A stretch of 64,000 nt of DNA from an uncultured bacterium (GTDB taxonomy: Bacteria > Verrucomicrobiota > Verrucomicrobiia > Verrucomicrobiales > DEV007). Positions within the stretch are counted from its first letter, which is position 1. Every line of letters begins with the position of its first letter. The stretch lies in NCBI GenBank assembly GCA_963977015.1, contig CAXBMO010000001.1:320001-384000 (forward strand), read 5' to 3'. Position numbers and translations under genes: made by a program. The notes beneath the pieces are model-generated. The model had not been told where the DNA came from and searched no databases. It saw nothing but the letters and a program-made list of their open reading frames with translations. This document shows positions 29,816 to 39,556 of the stretch, piece by piece.

Positions 29816-29925
29816 GTTGAACGCACGACAGTCTCCGAGAGACTCGTCAGTGCCAATTGTTTGAAAGGTTTGGGGGGCTAGAGCCCCCTGGATTTTTCCC
29901 CTAAGCCTGAATGATATCAGGCTGT

Positions 29926-29964
29926 CAAAAAAGCCGATCGCTCCAAGAGCAATCGGCTTTTTTG
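29926..29964. terminator. Bidirectional intrinsic terminator
   Basis: caaaaaagccgatcgctc-caa-gagcaatcggctttttttg-type stem with A and T tracts, between convergent genes. Confidence 0.85.
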
Positions 29965-30000
29965 TGTTTAGGTTTTCGGTTGGTAATAAGGCACCCAGTT

Positions 30001-31437
30001 TTAGCCCAAGCTTGACGCCAATTCTTTAATGGGCTTCCCGAATGGCAGGATCTGCATCGGAAGGCCGTCCAAGTTCTTCAAATAGTGATTGTAATCGATT
30101 CCGAGGTGTTGATAGACCGTCGCCCAGAGGTCGTTTGGGGTCATTACTCGTTCGATGGGGTGTTCCCCTTTTGCGTTTGTCGCACCGATCACCTGACCCA
30201 TGGGAGCGCCGCCACCGGAGACGAGAACCGACATCGCTTTTGGCCAGTGATCCCGTCCTGGCTGAACAACCCCTGATTTATTGCCGCGCTGAGCGTTGAT
30301 CTTCGGGGTATGGCCAAAGTCGCTTCCCACCACGATCATGACTTTTTTGTCCAAGCCACGATCGTAGACGTCCTCGATCAGGGCCGTGAGAGCCTGGTCA
30401 TAGCTCGGCATCCTCCATTTGCAGTCCTCAAAGATGTGGCAATTCACGGCGTGGGAATCCCAATTGTAAGCGCAATTTTTGGGGATCTTGGCATGGGGCC
30501 GCTCCCAAACGACGGTGACAAACCGGCTTCCAGCTTCGACCAACCGCCGCGCCATGAGACCTCGTTGACCGTAAGGGTGGTTCCCGTAGCGTTCCCGAGT
30601 CCGGTCAGATTCCTGACTCAGGTCGAATGCATCGCGAACCGCGTCGCTCATCAGCATCTCCATGGCTTGGTGATTGAACGAATCCATGGCGTCCATCGCC
30701 CCGCTTTTGTCGAGATCGCGACGGAATTTGTCCATCCCTTGCAGCATGGCGAGTCGATCGTCGATTCGGTCGGCCATCTCTTCCTTCACGCCAATGCTTT
30801 GGACCTTGAAATCCGGCAGACTTGGATCGCCACCGACCATGAAAGGCGTGTTGGCCGCGCCAAGGTAGGCTGGTCCCATCGCAAAGGTGTCGATTCCGGT
30901 TCTGCCAGAGTCCGCCGCCGCAACACAAGTCGGAAGGCCGTGTGGGGTTGAGCCCCCCAACATTTTTTTCACCACGCTGGAAACTGCCGGGGCGTCATTG
31001 ACCGTTCCGGTCGGTGTTTTGGGGCGGCGCCCGGTCATCATTCGCTTATGTGCTCCTCCGTGGTCGGAGAATTCGTGATGGATCGAGCGAATGATGGAAA
31101 ACTTGTCGGCAATTTTGGCATGTCTTGGCAGAAGCTCGCAAACTTCGATGCCCGGGACATTGGTTCGAATCGGCCGAAACTCGCCGCGATATTCCATCGG
31201 GGCGTCCGGTTTCATGTCATAGGTCTCCATGTGGGGCATGCCGCCGGGAAGCCACACGAAGATCACGGAGGTGTCGTCTTTCGAATTCGCGGACGTGCCC
31301 TGGGAGGCCGCGCTTGCCTGGAACCGCAGAAAATCGCTGAGTCCGAGCCCGGCCATGCTCAATCCGCCAACTTCCAGAAAGCTGCGGCGCCGAATGGGGC
31401 CGGAACAAGAGGATTTGGCTTCGGATTTGTTGCTCAT
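30001..31437 (-). CDS. DUF1501 family protein
   Basis: RRRSFL; VIFVWLPGGMPHMETYDMKP; ARRLVEAGSRFVTV; WDSH; DFGHTPKIN; GRDHWP. Confidence 0.93.
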   Translation of the reverse strand: MSNKSEAKSSCSGPIRRRSFLEVGGLSMAGLGLSDFLRFQASAASQGTSANSKDDTSVIFVWLPGGMPHMETYDMKPDAPMEYRGEFRPIRTNVPGIEVCELLPRHAKIADKFSIIRSIHHEFSDHGGAHKRMMTGRRPKTPTGTVNDAPAVSSVVKKMLGGSTPHGLPTCVAAADSGRTGIDTFAMGPAYLGAANTPFMVGGDPSLPDFKVQSIGVKEEMADRIDDRLAMLQGMDKFRRDLDKSGAMDAMDSFNHQAMEMLMSDAVRDAFDLSQESDRTRERYGNHPYGQRGLMARRLVEAGSRFVTVVWERPHAKIPKNCAYNWDSHAVNCHIFEDCKWRMPSYDQALTALIEDVYDRGLDKKVMIVVGSDFGHTPKINAQRGNKSGVVQPGRDHWPKAMSVLVSGGGAPMGQVIGATNAKGEHPIERVMTPNDLWATVYQHLGIDYNHYLKNLDGLPMQILPFGKPIKELASSLG

Positions 31438-31569
31438 AACATGGTGTGTCGATCTCCAACACGCGTAGGGAGAAGTGGATTTGTCACTTTCATCGGAAAG
31501 TGTTGAGGGATTGAGTTTTTGAAGATTCTACGGGGAGCCTTCGGCGGTGATATTTCGGTCGCATGCTTC

Positions 31570-31597
31570 TTGACAAGAGGCTTGAACGCTCTAGTTT
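31570..31597 (+). promoter_or_regulatory. Putative sigma70 promoter of rpsT
   Basis: TTGACA, 16 nt, TAGTTT, just upstream of rpsT. Confidence 0.55.
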
Positions 31598-31624
31598 CCC
31601 GACCCACCAAAATCGAAGCATCTT

Positions 31625-31888
31625 ATGCCGAATATTAAGTCAGCCGAAAAACGCGTCCGCCAGACCAAGGCACGCACCTTGCGTAACCGCTCCGTCAAAA
31701 CGCGTGTGAAGACCTTCCGCAAAAAGGTTCAGAACGCGGTTGAAGAGGGCACCAAGGACGAAGCAGAAGCTCAACTGAAGTTGTTCTTTCAGTCCGTAGA
31801 CAAGGCTGCCAAGCAAAACGTGATTCACAAGAACGCAGCGGCCCGCTACAAGAGCGCGATGAGCAAGCTGGTTGGCGCGAAAAGCTAA
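31625..31888 (+). CDS. rpsT: 30S ribosomal protein S20
   Basis: MPNIKSAEKRVRQ...IHKNAAARYKS. Confidence 0.98.
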   Translation: MPNIKSAEKRVRQTKARTLRNRSVKTRVKTFRKKVQNAVEEGTKDEAEAQLKLFFQSVDKAAKQNVIHKNAAARYKSAMSKLVGAKS

Positions 31889-31939
31889 ACCGGCAGCGAA
31901 GGTTTTCTCGATCGAGAGTTTTCCTTTCAATCAATTTTC

Positions 31940-31968
31940 AAAAGGCTCAGCAAACGCTGAGCCTTTTT
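31940..31968. terminator. Intrinsic terminator after rpsT (bidirectional)
   Basis: aaaaggctcagc-aaac-gctgagccttttt. Confidence 0.85.
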
Positions 31969-32144
31969 ATTGTGGCCAAGAGTAGTTTGAGTGAACCCGT
32001 AGCCAGGGAATACGGCTGGATGAGGAAAAAGCGGAGTGTCCTTGCTCGGTCACAGGGGTTGCCCTGCATTCCTCAGAATTCCTTGCGCCTTGCGGGAAGC
32101 CAAATCTCCTCGCGGCATTGGCACACCTTCCCTCCAAACGCTCC

Positions 32145-33506
32145 CTAGAACTTACAGATGTAGATCGGTAGATCGAGATTGAGGTCCAGTTGATCAATCA
32201 TCTGAACTCGCTGGAGACTCGGGTATTTCTCCAGCTTCACCAGGGTCAAGTGGTAGATTTCACCGGGCTGGAACTTGGTCGGGCCCGTGAACTTCTTGTT
32301 GAGCACGATCATGTGGGCAATGCGCAGCTTGTCGTAGGGATAGTTGCCGCTGTAGACCTTCTCAACCTCGTATTCGTAGAGGCCAAATGCGCTGGAATAC
32401 GTCACTTCATTCAGGTGCTGGATCTGTGATTTGTTGACGAGCTTAAGCTTCACTTGGATTTCGTCACTGGCTTCGCCATCGGGTAAATCCAGGTTTCCAG
32501 GTGCGCGCACCGGAGATTCGGCCGCTGCTTTTGTTCCACTTTTCTCGGAACCCACGGTCTTGGAGGCTTCTTTCGGAGTCTCAGCTGTTTCCGTGTTGTT
32601 CATGGCGACGGCAGATTCTTTGGAAGTTGATCCGACTTTCGGCATCTCCTTTTCGGATTCTTTCGGGGATGATGCTGTCTCTTCGGTTTCCGTTGTTATG
32701 GGCGTTTCAGGCTGCTTGCCCTGAGGAGAAGCGGCGGCCACCTTGACGGGCTCGGTTGCCGCCATGACCACGGTGGGCTCCGGCATTTCTCCCAAATGAT
32801 CGATGAAGGAACGGAAATCGACCGTCACCTTGCTCGCCCAGTCGATCGACTGATCCGGGCCATAGTGAATCCCGTCGCTGCCAACCGGGTAATTGCCGGT
32901 CCATTGGGTTACCTCGGCGCTCTCGAAAACTTTGCCGCCCAGTCCGCCAACGACTCGTTTCATGATGGTTGTCAGCTCCTGCTGCAGATCGGACGAAAAC
33001 CGTTTTGGGTGCGACTCGGGAGGCGTAATCCAATAGGAATGGGCGCCCTTGGAGTGCACCGCGCGGCACATATCCATGATCAGTGTCTCCACCAGCTTCA
33101 CATTTTCCTTTTTCTCCCGGCGCTTGGAGCGAAGCGTCGCGTAGAGGTTGACGCCGGTTTGAACAACCACGACGTCGGGCTTGTAGCTGTCGAGAAGGGT
33201 TTCAACTTTCGGCACGGCCCGAATGTAGCCAACTCGCTTCTCCAGTGTTGGCGTCTTTTCCCAGTAGCCAATGGAGCAGGAAATGGGCTCGTAACGGCTC
33301 AGCCAATAGTAGGGGCTCGCTCCTCCCGCCACGTAGGTGTAGACCTCCAGTTTCTCGGACCGCATGTTGGCGTCCAGAGTCCTTCCAAAAGCTCCCATGC
33401 TGAGCGAATCGCCAAGATAAAGGACCTTGGACTTCGCTGCGTGGGTAAAGGTGGTGGAGCAGAGAAAAAGGACTGCAATTAGCGTTAGTTTGGCTGAACT
33501 CCTCAT
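32145..33506 (-). CDS. Secreted SGNH/GDSL hydrolase family protein with low-complexity linker and C-terminal beta domain
   Basis: VLYLGDSLS, QTGVN, DGIHY blocks; signal peptide; S/T/E/K/A linker. Confidence 0.8.
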   Translation of the reverse strand: MRSSAKLTLIAVLFLCSTTFTHAAKSKVLYLGDSLSMGAFGRTLDANMRSEKLEVYTYVAGGASPYYWLSRYEPISCSIGYWEKTPTLEKRVGYIRAVPKVETLLDSYKPDVVVVQTGVNLYATLRSKRREKKENVKLVETLIMDMCRAVHSKGAHSYWITPPESHPKRFSSDLQQELTTIMKRVVGGLGGKVFESAEVTQWTGNYPVGSDGIHYGPDQSIDWASKVTVDFRSFIDHLGEMPEPTVVMAATEPVKVAAASPQGKQPETPITTETEETASSPKESEKEMPKVGSTSKESAVAMNNTETAETPKEASKTVGSEKSGTKAAAESPVRAPGNLDLPDGEASDEIQVKLKLVNKSQIQHLNEVTYSSAFGLYEYEVEKVYSGNYPYDKLRIAHMIVLNKKFTGPTKFQPGEIYHLTLVKLEKYPSLQRVQMIDQLDLNLDLPIYICKF

Positions 33507-33702
33507 GGGTCCTGGCAATTTCGTGACGGTTGTTGAGTGTTTCAAGTGTCTACCTGCCATTCTCGACCGGCTTCGTCATAAAATACCATTATAATCGATT
33601 TTGTGATTCGAAAAATCACAGAATTTCAAATCTGAACAAGGCTCGACGAACCTCGAATCACAAAGCTACCATAATTAGGCAACTTTATTAGGTGGGTTCT
33701 GC

Positions 33703-33906
33703 CTAATTCTGACCTTTTGGCTTGGTCGTTTGCTGCAAGCAGGCATCGTCGCCTTCAAGGCTCAACATGCTCACTGGATCGACCTCGTGACGCAGTTCCG
33801 CAACGGTGCTTTGGATGATGAATTGCCCCTTTCCCGTCGAGAGAACGAGGCCCTTCGGGGTCGAAAGAATGATTACTTCTTGCTTGGGACAAAAATCTGC
33901 GTCCAT
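33703..33906 (-). CDS. Possible small hypothetical protein
   Basis: ATG ORF MDADFCPKQEVIILSTPKGLVLSTGKGQFIIQ... in an otherwise empty region, with a hairpin at its stop. Confidence 0.35.
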   Translation of the reverse strand: MDADFCPKQEVIILSTPKGLVLSTGKGQFIIQSTVAELRHEVDPVSMLSLEGDDACLQQTTKPKGQN

Positions 33907-34097
33907 ACTCGAGTGCGGTGTTAAAACCCAATTCAGAGGCTTGATAAGGGGGACTGGAAGTACCAGCAACCATTTTTTTCACAATTAGATCATTTACTTG
34001 GGTTTAGTCTCATGTTTGAGAAAAATGAGGTTTAAATGAGGTGAAATGTCCAGTCGCCCGGGGTTGATCAAGCGGCGCGAGATTCTAGGATGGGCCC

Positions 34098-35717
34098 ATG
34101 CTCCGGCTTAACCAAAAGCGATTGCGCAGCCTCTCGCGAGATCGCGATTTTTTAGTTCGATCTTCCATCGGGATCATTGCGGCATCCACGATTGTGGCGC
34201 TAATCATCTGGTTTGCGTTCGGGAGTCGCCAGGATTGGTATGAAGAGAGGGTGAAGCTGGCTCAGCGGGGGGAAGTCGAGATGCTGGACGCGATTCGCGA
34301 GGCCGAAACCATCATTTATCGTGAGATGGGCGAGAAGAATCAAAAAGCGATCGAGGATTGGCCGCACAATCCGGGAGGGACCGTCGAGGCAGCCAGTCTG
34401 CCAAAGTTTGTCAAAATGGAGCTCGTTCCGACCATTCGGAACTGGATTGGAGGTAGCGAGCTCTCTCCCGAGTCGGGAGAGCTGTTCGAGACGTATGCGA
34501 GAGCCCGGTATTCCGGCACGGAAGCCGAGCGCCGAATGGCTCGCGCCGAATTGACCACGCTGGTGACGGCAAATTCACGGCGTCCCTTTGTGAACGAGTG
34601 CGTGGGCGACCTGGAGTTTGAAGAAGGCCAGTTTGAAGCTGCCAATCGGCATTTCGAGACGGAGTTGGAGATTCGCGAATCCGCGCATGCGGCTTCCCGT
34701 TTGGTTGAGACCGCTCTCGTCCAAAATGAATTAGAACGACTTCGCGAATTGCTGGCTCAGCCGAAAATCAGGCGGTCGACTTCCGTTCTCGTCCGTTTCG
34801 AGGCCTTTTCCAAACTTCGGGATTATGCTGGCATTTTTGAGACGGTGTTGGTTCACGATTATGCCGGACTCAGTTTGGCCTATGTCGGGCTCACGTTTTT
34901 TGTCGCCATGGTCTGGTTTTTTATCGTCGGGCAGTTCTCTGGGTTTCGAAGCGACCAGCTCTTGATTTATGGCGCGGCGATCTTGTTGGGTGTCTTCAGC
35001 GCGACCTTGACGTTGTTTGTCGTCATTGTTCAGGAGGAGGTGTTCGGGCTCTTTCCGGAGAACGGTGATTTCGTGCAAGGGCTGATCAATAACGTCGCGG
35101 GGATTGGGTTGCGGGAAGAGTTCATCAAGCTGGTCTGCTTCATTCCGCTCATTCCGGCTCTGCTTCGCCGATCAAATCCGGTCGAAGCGCTGGTCGTCGC
35201 AGGGTTCGTCGGCCTGGGGTTCGCCGTTCAGGAAAATCTCAGCTACTACTCAAGATCGGGAGGAAATGCGACGGTCGCCCGTTTCCTTTCCGCGAACTTT
35301 TTCCACCTGGCGATGACGGGGCTGGTTGGCTACGCGGCGTATCGATTTGCCCAATTGCCACAGCGACGTTGGGAAGAATTGCTGGCGACGTTTCTGACCG
35401 TGGTGCTGGCTCACGGGATTTACGATGCGTTGCTGACGTTGCCGGAGTTTATGGAACACAGCTGGCTCTCTCTCATCGTCTTCGCGGTTTTGGCCTATCG
35501 ATTTTTTGGCGTAGCACATTCGTTGCCGCTCACCTGGCGCCAGGAGCTTTCGCCGTTGGGGATTTTCGTGATCGGGACGAGTCTGTTAATTGGCGTGACC
35601 CTCAACGTGGTTTGCTACGGCGAGGTTCCTTATCCGGGTTACGTGCTTTTTCTGCTTTCCTGCGTTCAGTTGGTGCCAACCGCCTTCATTTTCATCAATA
35701 CCTTCCGGAGTAGTTAA
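34098..35717 (+). CDS. PrsW family glutamic intramembrane protease with periplasmic TPR-like domain
   Basis: [31 protein letters not shown] motifs. Confidence 0.88.
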   Translation: MLRLNQKRLRSLSRDRDFLVRSSIGIIAASTIVALIIWFAFGSRQDWYEERVKLAQRGEVEMLDAIREAETIIYREMGEKNQKAIEDWPHNPGGTVEAASLPKFVKMELVPTIRNWIGGSELSPESGELFETYARARYSGTEAERRMARAELTTLVTANSRRPFVNECVGDLEFEEGQFEAANRHFETELEIRESAHAASRLVETALVQNELERLRELLAQPKIRRSTSVLVRFEAFSKLRDYAGIFETVLVHDYAGLSLAYVGLTFFVAMVWFFIVGQFSGFRSDQLLIYGAAILLGVFSATLTLFVVIVQEEVFGLFPENGDFVQGLINNVAGIGLREEFIKLVCFIPLIPALLRRSNPVEALVVAGFVGLGFAVQENLSYYSRSGGNATVARFLSANFFHLAMTGLVGYAAYRFAQLPQRRWEELLATFLTVVLAHGIYDALLTLPEFMEHSWLSLIVFAVLAYRFFGVAHSLPLTWRQELSPLGIFVIGTSLLIGVTLNVVCYGEVPYPGYVLFLLSCVQLVPTAFIFINTFRSS

Positions 35718-35727
35718 GAACCGAGCG

Positions 35728-36180
35728 ATGAGAGCAGTGATTCAACGTGTTACTGAGGCCAGCGTCACCATTGACGACTGCGTTCGTGGTCAAATTGAGA
35801 CCGGGGTGCTCGTGCTTCTCGGAATTGAGGGCGAAGACTCTCAGGAAGATGTCGAATGGTTGGCTGGAAAAATCGCCAGAATGCGGATTTTTCCGGACGA
35901 AGAAGGCAAGATCAATCGATCCTGCCTCGACGTTGGCGGCGAAGCGTTGGTCATCAGCCAGTTCACGCTGCATGCGAGCACCAAAAAAGGAAACCGCCCG
36001 TCCTTCATCAAGGCAGCGAGGCCGGAAGTGGCGATTCCACTTTACAAGGCATTTCTTGAGGCAATGGAGCGAGAACTTGGAAAGGCCGTGGAAAGCGGCG
36101 AGTTCGGGGCGGATATGAAGGTTCGGCTCCTGAACGACGGACCCGTGACGATTTGGATGGACACCAAGGATCGCGAATAA
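35728..36180 (+). CDS. dtd: D-aminoacyl-tRNA deacylase
   Basis: [26 protein letters not shown]. Confidence 0.97.
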   Translation: MRAVIQRVTEASVTIDDCVRGQIETGVLVLLGIEGEDSQEDVEWLAGKIARMRIFPDEEGKINRSCLDVGGEALVISQFTLHASTKKGNRPSFIKAARPEVAIPLYKAFLEAMERELGKAVESGEFGADMKVRLLNDGPVTIWMDTKDRE

Positions 36181-36254
36181 TGCCAATTTTCCGGCACTTG
36201 GAGGGATTGCCATCGACAGCCGTCAAACGCCCTGTATCGTGTTAGTCATTCGCC

Positions 36255-38828
36255 ATGGAGGAATCTGCTCAACCACCTAAAGAAGCCGAGTCTGAACCGA
36301 AACCAGATGAACCGGACACCGGCGAGAAACGGTCGCGCCGTGGGCTCTGGATCACGTTGGCAATTGTCGTCGTGTTGGTTTCGGCAGGAGTCGTGCTTGT
36401 CGCAATGTTGCCGGGGATCATCGAGGCCCAGATTCGAAAGGCGCTCGCAGATCTGGAGCTGGAGCGCACGGAGTTTGAGATGGGGGCTGTTACGCTGAGC
36501 GGGGCGGAAATTCGCGAGGTCGACTTTGCGGGAAAAGGGTGGGAATTGCAGACGCCACTGGTTAAGGCGGGGTATTCGATCCCGAGTTTGTTGAGAAAGC
36601 GATTGGGGAGCCTTGATCTCTCGAACGCTGCCTTTGAGTTGGACCTGGATGGATTGGAACCTCAGGAAGTTTCTCACGATGATGGTGCGGCCTCAACCGA
36701 AGACGGACCGTCCGGATTTACGCTTTCAAAACTTGCGGGTTCTCTCCCGGTCGAGCGAATCGATCTGGAGAATACGGTCATTCATCTTCGCCGTGGCGAG
36801 TTGCTTCAAGAGCTGGGATTGAGTGGCTACGTGAGTTTGGCTGGGCAAACGGATGTCAGGGTGGTCGGAACCGGTGCCTCCGCGCTGGAAGTCGGCGTTA
36901 CCGGCAACATGAATGGAGCCAATGGGAAGGCGGATCTTGTGGCAGAAATGTCGATTGCGAGTTTCCCGGTTCTTCTGGAACTCGCCAACCTGGAGATCGA
37001 GCAGGAAGGGCTGGATCTGAAATTCGGAACCCTTGAGGGTTCTGGGGAAATCCAGGTTCGGGCCGATGAATTCGGATTTGGCGAGGTCGATATTCAGGTC
37101 GATCTGGAAGGCCTCACCTATGATGACTTCAAGCTGGGCGCGACTCAGCTCCAGGTGAACCACGATTCCGGTTTTTTCCTGCTCACCAGCGGTGACTTGG
37201 ATGCCGCCTATGAACCGGATGTTTCCGGGCGCGGAACGGTCGAAGCCAAGCTCAAGCCTGGTGCCACGTTCGAGGAATCCCTTCTTGAAGGCGTGATTCA
37301 TGTGGCGTCGATGGAGCTTTTCGGGATTCCTCTCTCTCCTTTCGATCTGCCGGTGAAGGGGAATCTCAATACGCTTCATTTCGGGCCGGGAAGCGCGACT
37401 TCGCCCGATTTTAAAGGGCTGGTTTTGGCTGATGTCGAGTTTGACGTTGAGGACATGACCAAACCCGTGATTCATGGAAATGGGACGGGCGTTCTCGGCG
37501 TTCAACTGCCCGGGTTTGCGGCGAATCCGCCTCATGATCTCAATTTGGAGGGAGCTGTGGCGATGCCGGTCCTCGCGAATTTCAAAGTGGCCCCCGATGA
37601 GCAGGCGTTTTCGATCAAACTGGATCTCCCGAAAGAAACCGCGACGGGCCAGGACTCTGAATTCGAGTTGAAGGGAGTCGGAAACGCTGAACTTCAAACG
37701 CGGTTTGCGGGGGAGAAATCAGAGGTTGATCTAAATCTCGATATATCCAGTTTGGAGTGGTCTGAGGCTGGTGAGCAACTCGCAATTCTCGAAGACCTAC
37801 AACTTCAAGGCAAGTTGACCGATGGAAACGGCTCTGGTGAAGGGAGCGGCAGTTTGAATGGCAAGTCGTTCCCCATCTCGCTGACCCACGAGACGGAAGG
37901 TGCCACGCAAAACACCAGGATCACCATCGATTCCATCGCCCTGCGGGAAGAGACATGGGTTGGAGAACTGATTGAAGGTTGGGAAGGAAGCAAGCTCTCC
38001 GGCGACATCAAGGTTGAGGCGACTTTTGAAACGAGCGGAGAAGCGGTTTCTCCCCAAATCACCGCGTCGCTGACGCATGGTTCGCTGGAATATCCGGATG
38101 GCGAAACCAGTGCAACCGGGGTGACGGCTGCCGTCGAGGTGGCTTCCCTGGATCCGTTGAAGCTGGCGCCGCGAACAACGGTGCGGGTCGATCGCATTTC
38201 GACTCCCGCCGATATTGACGTTACTGGAGTTCGGCTCAGTTTCAGTGTGCTGGAGGGCGGGGCGACGCGGCTGAATTCCTTTTCGGCCCAGGTTTTCGGA
38301 GGAGAAATCGCATTGAGCAAATCCGTCACGATTCCGGCCGGTGGGACCGGTTACACCTTGCCGATTTCGCTGAAATCAATCAAGGCCGCGCAAATTATGG
38401 AGTTTTTCCCTCAATTCGAGGGCGAAATCGACGCTGCCGTCAGTGGGCAAATCCCCATTGGGGTGACCAAAACTGGAAATCTGGAAATCCTTGTCGGGAC
38501 ACTTGAATTGGATTCCAACTATCCGGCGGTGCTTCGCTACGATGCGACCGGCCTGCTAACCAAGGATCTGAAAGAACGGAGCCGGGCTTTCAAGATCAAT
38601 CAGCAGGTTGAGCGAGCCCTGGGGAATCTCTCGATCGATGGTCTCGAGGTGAGTCTTTTGGATCAATCGAATTCCGAGCATCGAGCCGTTGTGAAATTGA
38701 ATGGCGTTGGAGTCGATGAATCGGTCAAAGTTCCCGTCACGTTGAATGTTCGGGTCGAAGACAAGGAGGACATTTTGCGCAAGATTCTCGACAATGTTGT
38801 CTTTAGTGGAATCAATCTGAGTTTTTGA
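36255..38828 (+). CDS. YdbH-like (AsmA-like) intermembrane bridge protein
   Basis: N-terminal TM anchor, long beta-rich body, C-terminal FGGEI, SGQIPI, ALGNL, VPVTLNV; followed by ynbE-like and ydbL-like genes. Confidence 0.75.
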   Translation: MEESAQPPKEAESEPKPDEPDTGEKRSRRGLWITLAIVVVLVSAGVVLVAMLPGIIEAQIRKALADLELERTEFEMGAVTLSGAEIREVDFAGKGWELQTPLVKAGYSIPSLLRKRLGSLDLSNAAFELDLDGLEPQEVSHDDGAASTEDGPSGFTLSKLAGSLPVERIDLENTVIHLRRGELLQELGLSGYVSLAGQTDVRVVGTGASALEVGVTGNMNGANGKADLVAEMSIASFPVLLELANLEIEQEGLDLKFGTLEGSGEIQVRADEFGFGEVDIQVDLEGLTYDDFKLGATQLQVNHDSGFFLLTSGDLDAAYEPDVSGRGTVEAKLKPGATFEESLLEGVIHVASMELFGIPLSPFDLPVKGNLNTLHFGPGSATSPDFKGLVLADVEFDVEDMTKPVIHGNGTGVLGVQLPGFAANPPHDLNLEGAVAMPVLANFKVAPDEQAFSIKLDLPKETATGQDSEFELKGVGNAELQTRFAGEKSEVDLNLDISSLEWSEAGEQLAILEDLQLQGKLTDGNGSGEGSGSLNGKSFPISLTHETEGATQNTRITIDSIALREETWVGELIEGWEGSKLSGDIKVEATFETSGEAVSPQITASLTHGSLEYPDGETSATGVTAAVEVASLDPLKLAPRTTVRVDRISTPADIDVTGVRLSFSVLEGGATRLNSFSAQVFGGEIALSKSVTIPAGGTGYTLPISLKSIKAAQIMEFFPQFEGEIDAAVSGQIPIGVTKTGNLEILVGTLELDSNYPAVLRYDATGLLTKDLKERSRAFKINQQVERALGNLSIDGLEVSLLDQSNSEHRAVVKLNGVGVDESVKVPVTLNVRVEDKEDILRKILDNVVFSGINLSF

Positions 38829-38893
38829 GATTTACCTTCGCGTTTTCCTCTCACATTCTGCAAACCTACCTTCATTCCAACTTAGCCGCCATC

Positions 38894-39085
38894 ATGCAAA
38901 CTTTCCGACTGCGCTTCCTTTTCTCACTGCTCTTTCTCGCGATCGGCGCGTTGAGCACCACAAGCTGCGTTCGCGTTCGAATTGATCCTGTTGAGATCAA
39001 CCTGAACGTCAAATTGGAGACGGTTGATGAAGAGTTGGACGACTTTTTCGCCGATTTGGACGCTGCCGACCCCACCCTCAAGTGA
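38894..39085 (+). CDS. YnbE-like lipoprotein
   Basis: Lipobox TSC, then VRIDPVEINLNVKL...ELDDFF. Confidence 0.75.
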   Translation: MQTFRLRFLFSLLFLAIGALSTTSCVRVRIDPVEINLNVKLETVDEELDDFFADLDAADPTLK

Positions 39086-39120
39086 ATACCTTGCAAATGA
39101 CACCCGCCATATCGACTGCT

Positions 39121-39492
39121 ATGAAAGCCATGAATCGAATTTACGTACCATTATTTGTGATTTTCGCACTGTTCGCCGGAATGGATGCTTCGGCTGACGA
39201 TCTGCGAGATCGCTTCAAAAAACGCCTGCCTCAAATTGTCGCCATGAAGAAAGCGCTCGTGGTTGGTGAAAACAATCAGGGTTACCTCGAAGCTCGTGGT
39301 AATCTCGATGGTGCGCAAAAGGGGCTTGTGAAGGACGAGAATAACGACAGGAAAGCTCTCTACCGCTCGATTGCGTCGAAAGCCGGCGTTGATGAGAAAA
39401 CGGTCGCTGTTCGGCGTGCCGCTGATATTCGAAAGAAGGCCGAGGGTGGGATTTGGGTGCAAAAACCCGATGGTGACTGGGAGCGTCGTTAA
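39121..39492 (+). CDS. YdbL (DUF1318) family protein
   Basis: VGENNQGYL, ENNDRKALYRSIA, GIWVQKPDGDW. Confidence 0.88.
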   Translation: MKAMNRIYVPLFVIFALFAGMDASADDLRDRFKKRLPQIVAMKKALVVGENNQGYLEARGNLDGAQKGLVKDENNDRKALYRSIASKAGVDEKTVAVRRAADIRKKAEGGIWVQKPDGDWERR

Positions 39493-39556
39493 AGCGAAAG
39501 TCCTGCGTTGCAGTTGGTGCTTGCAGTTCAGGCTCCAGAATTTAGGATTCTGGGCT

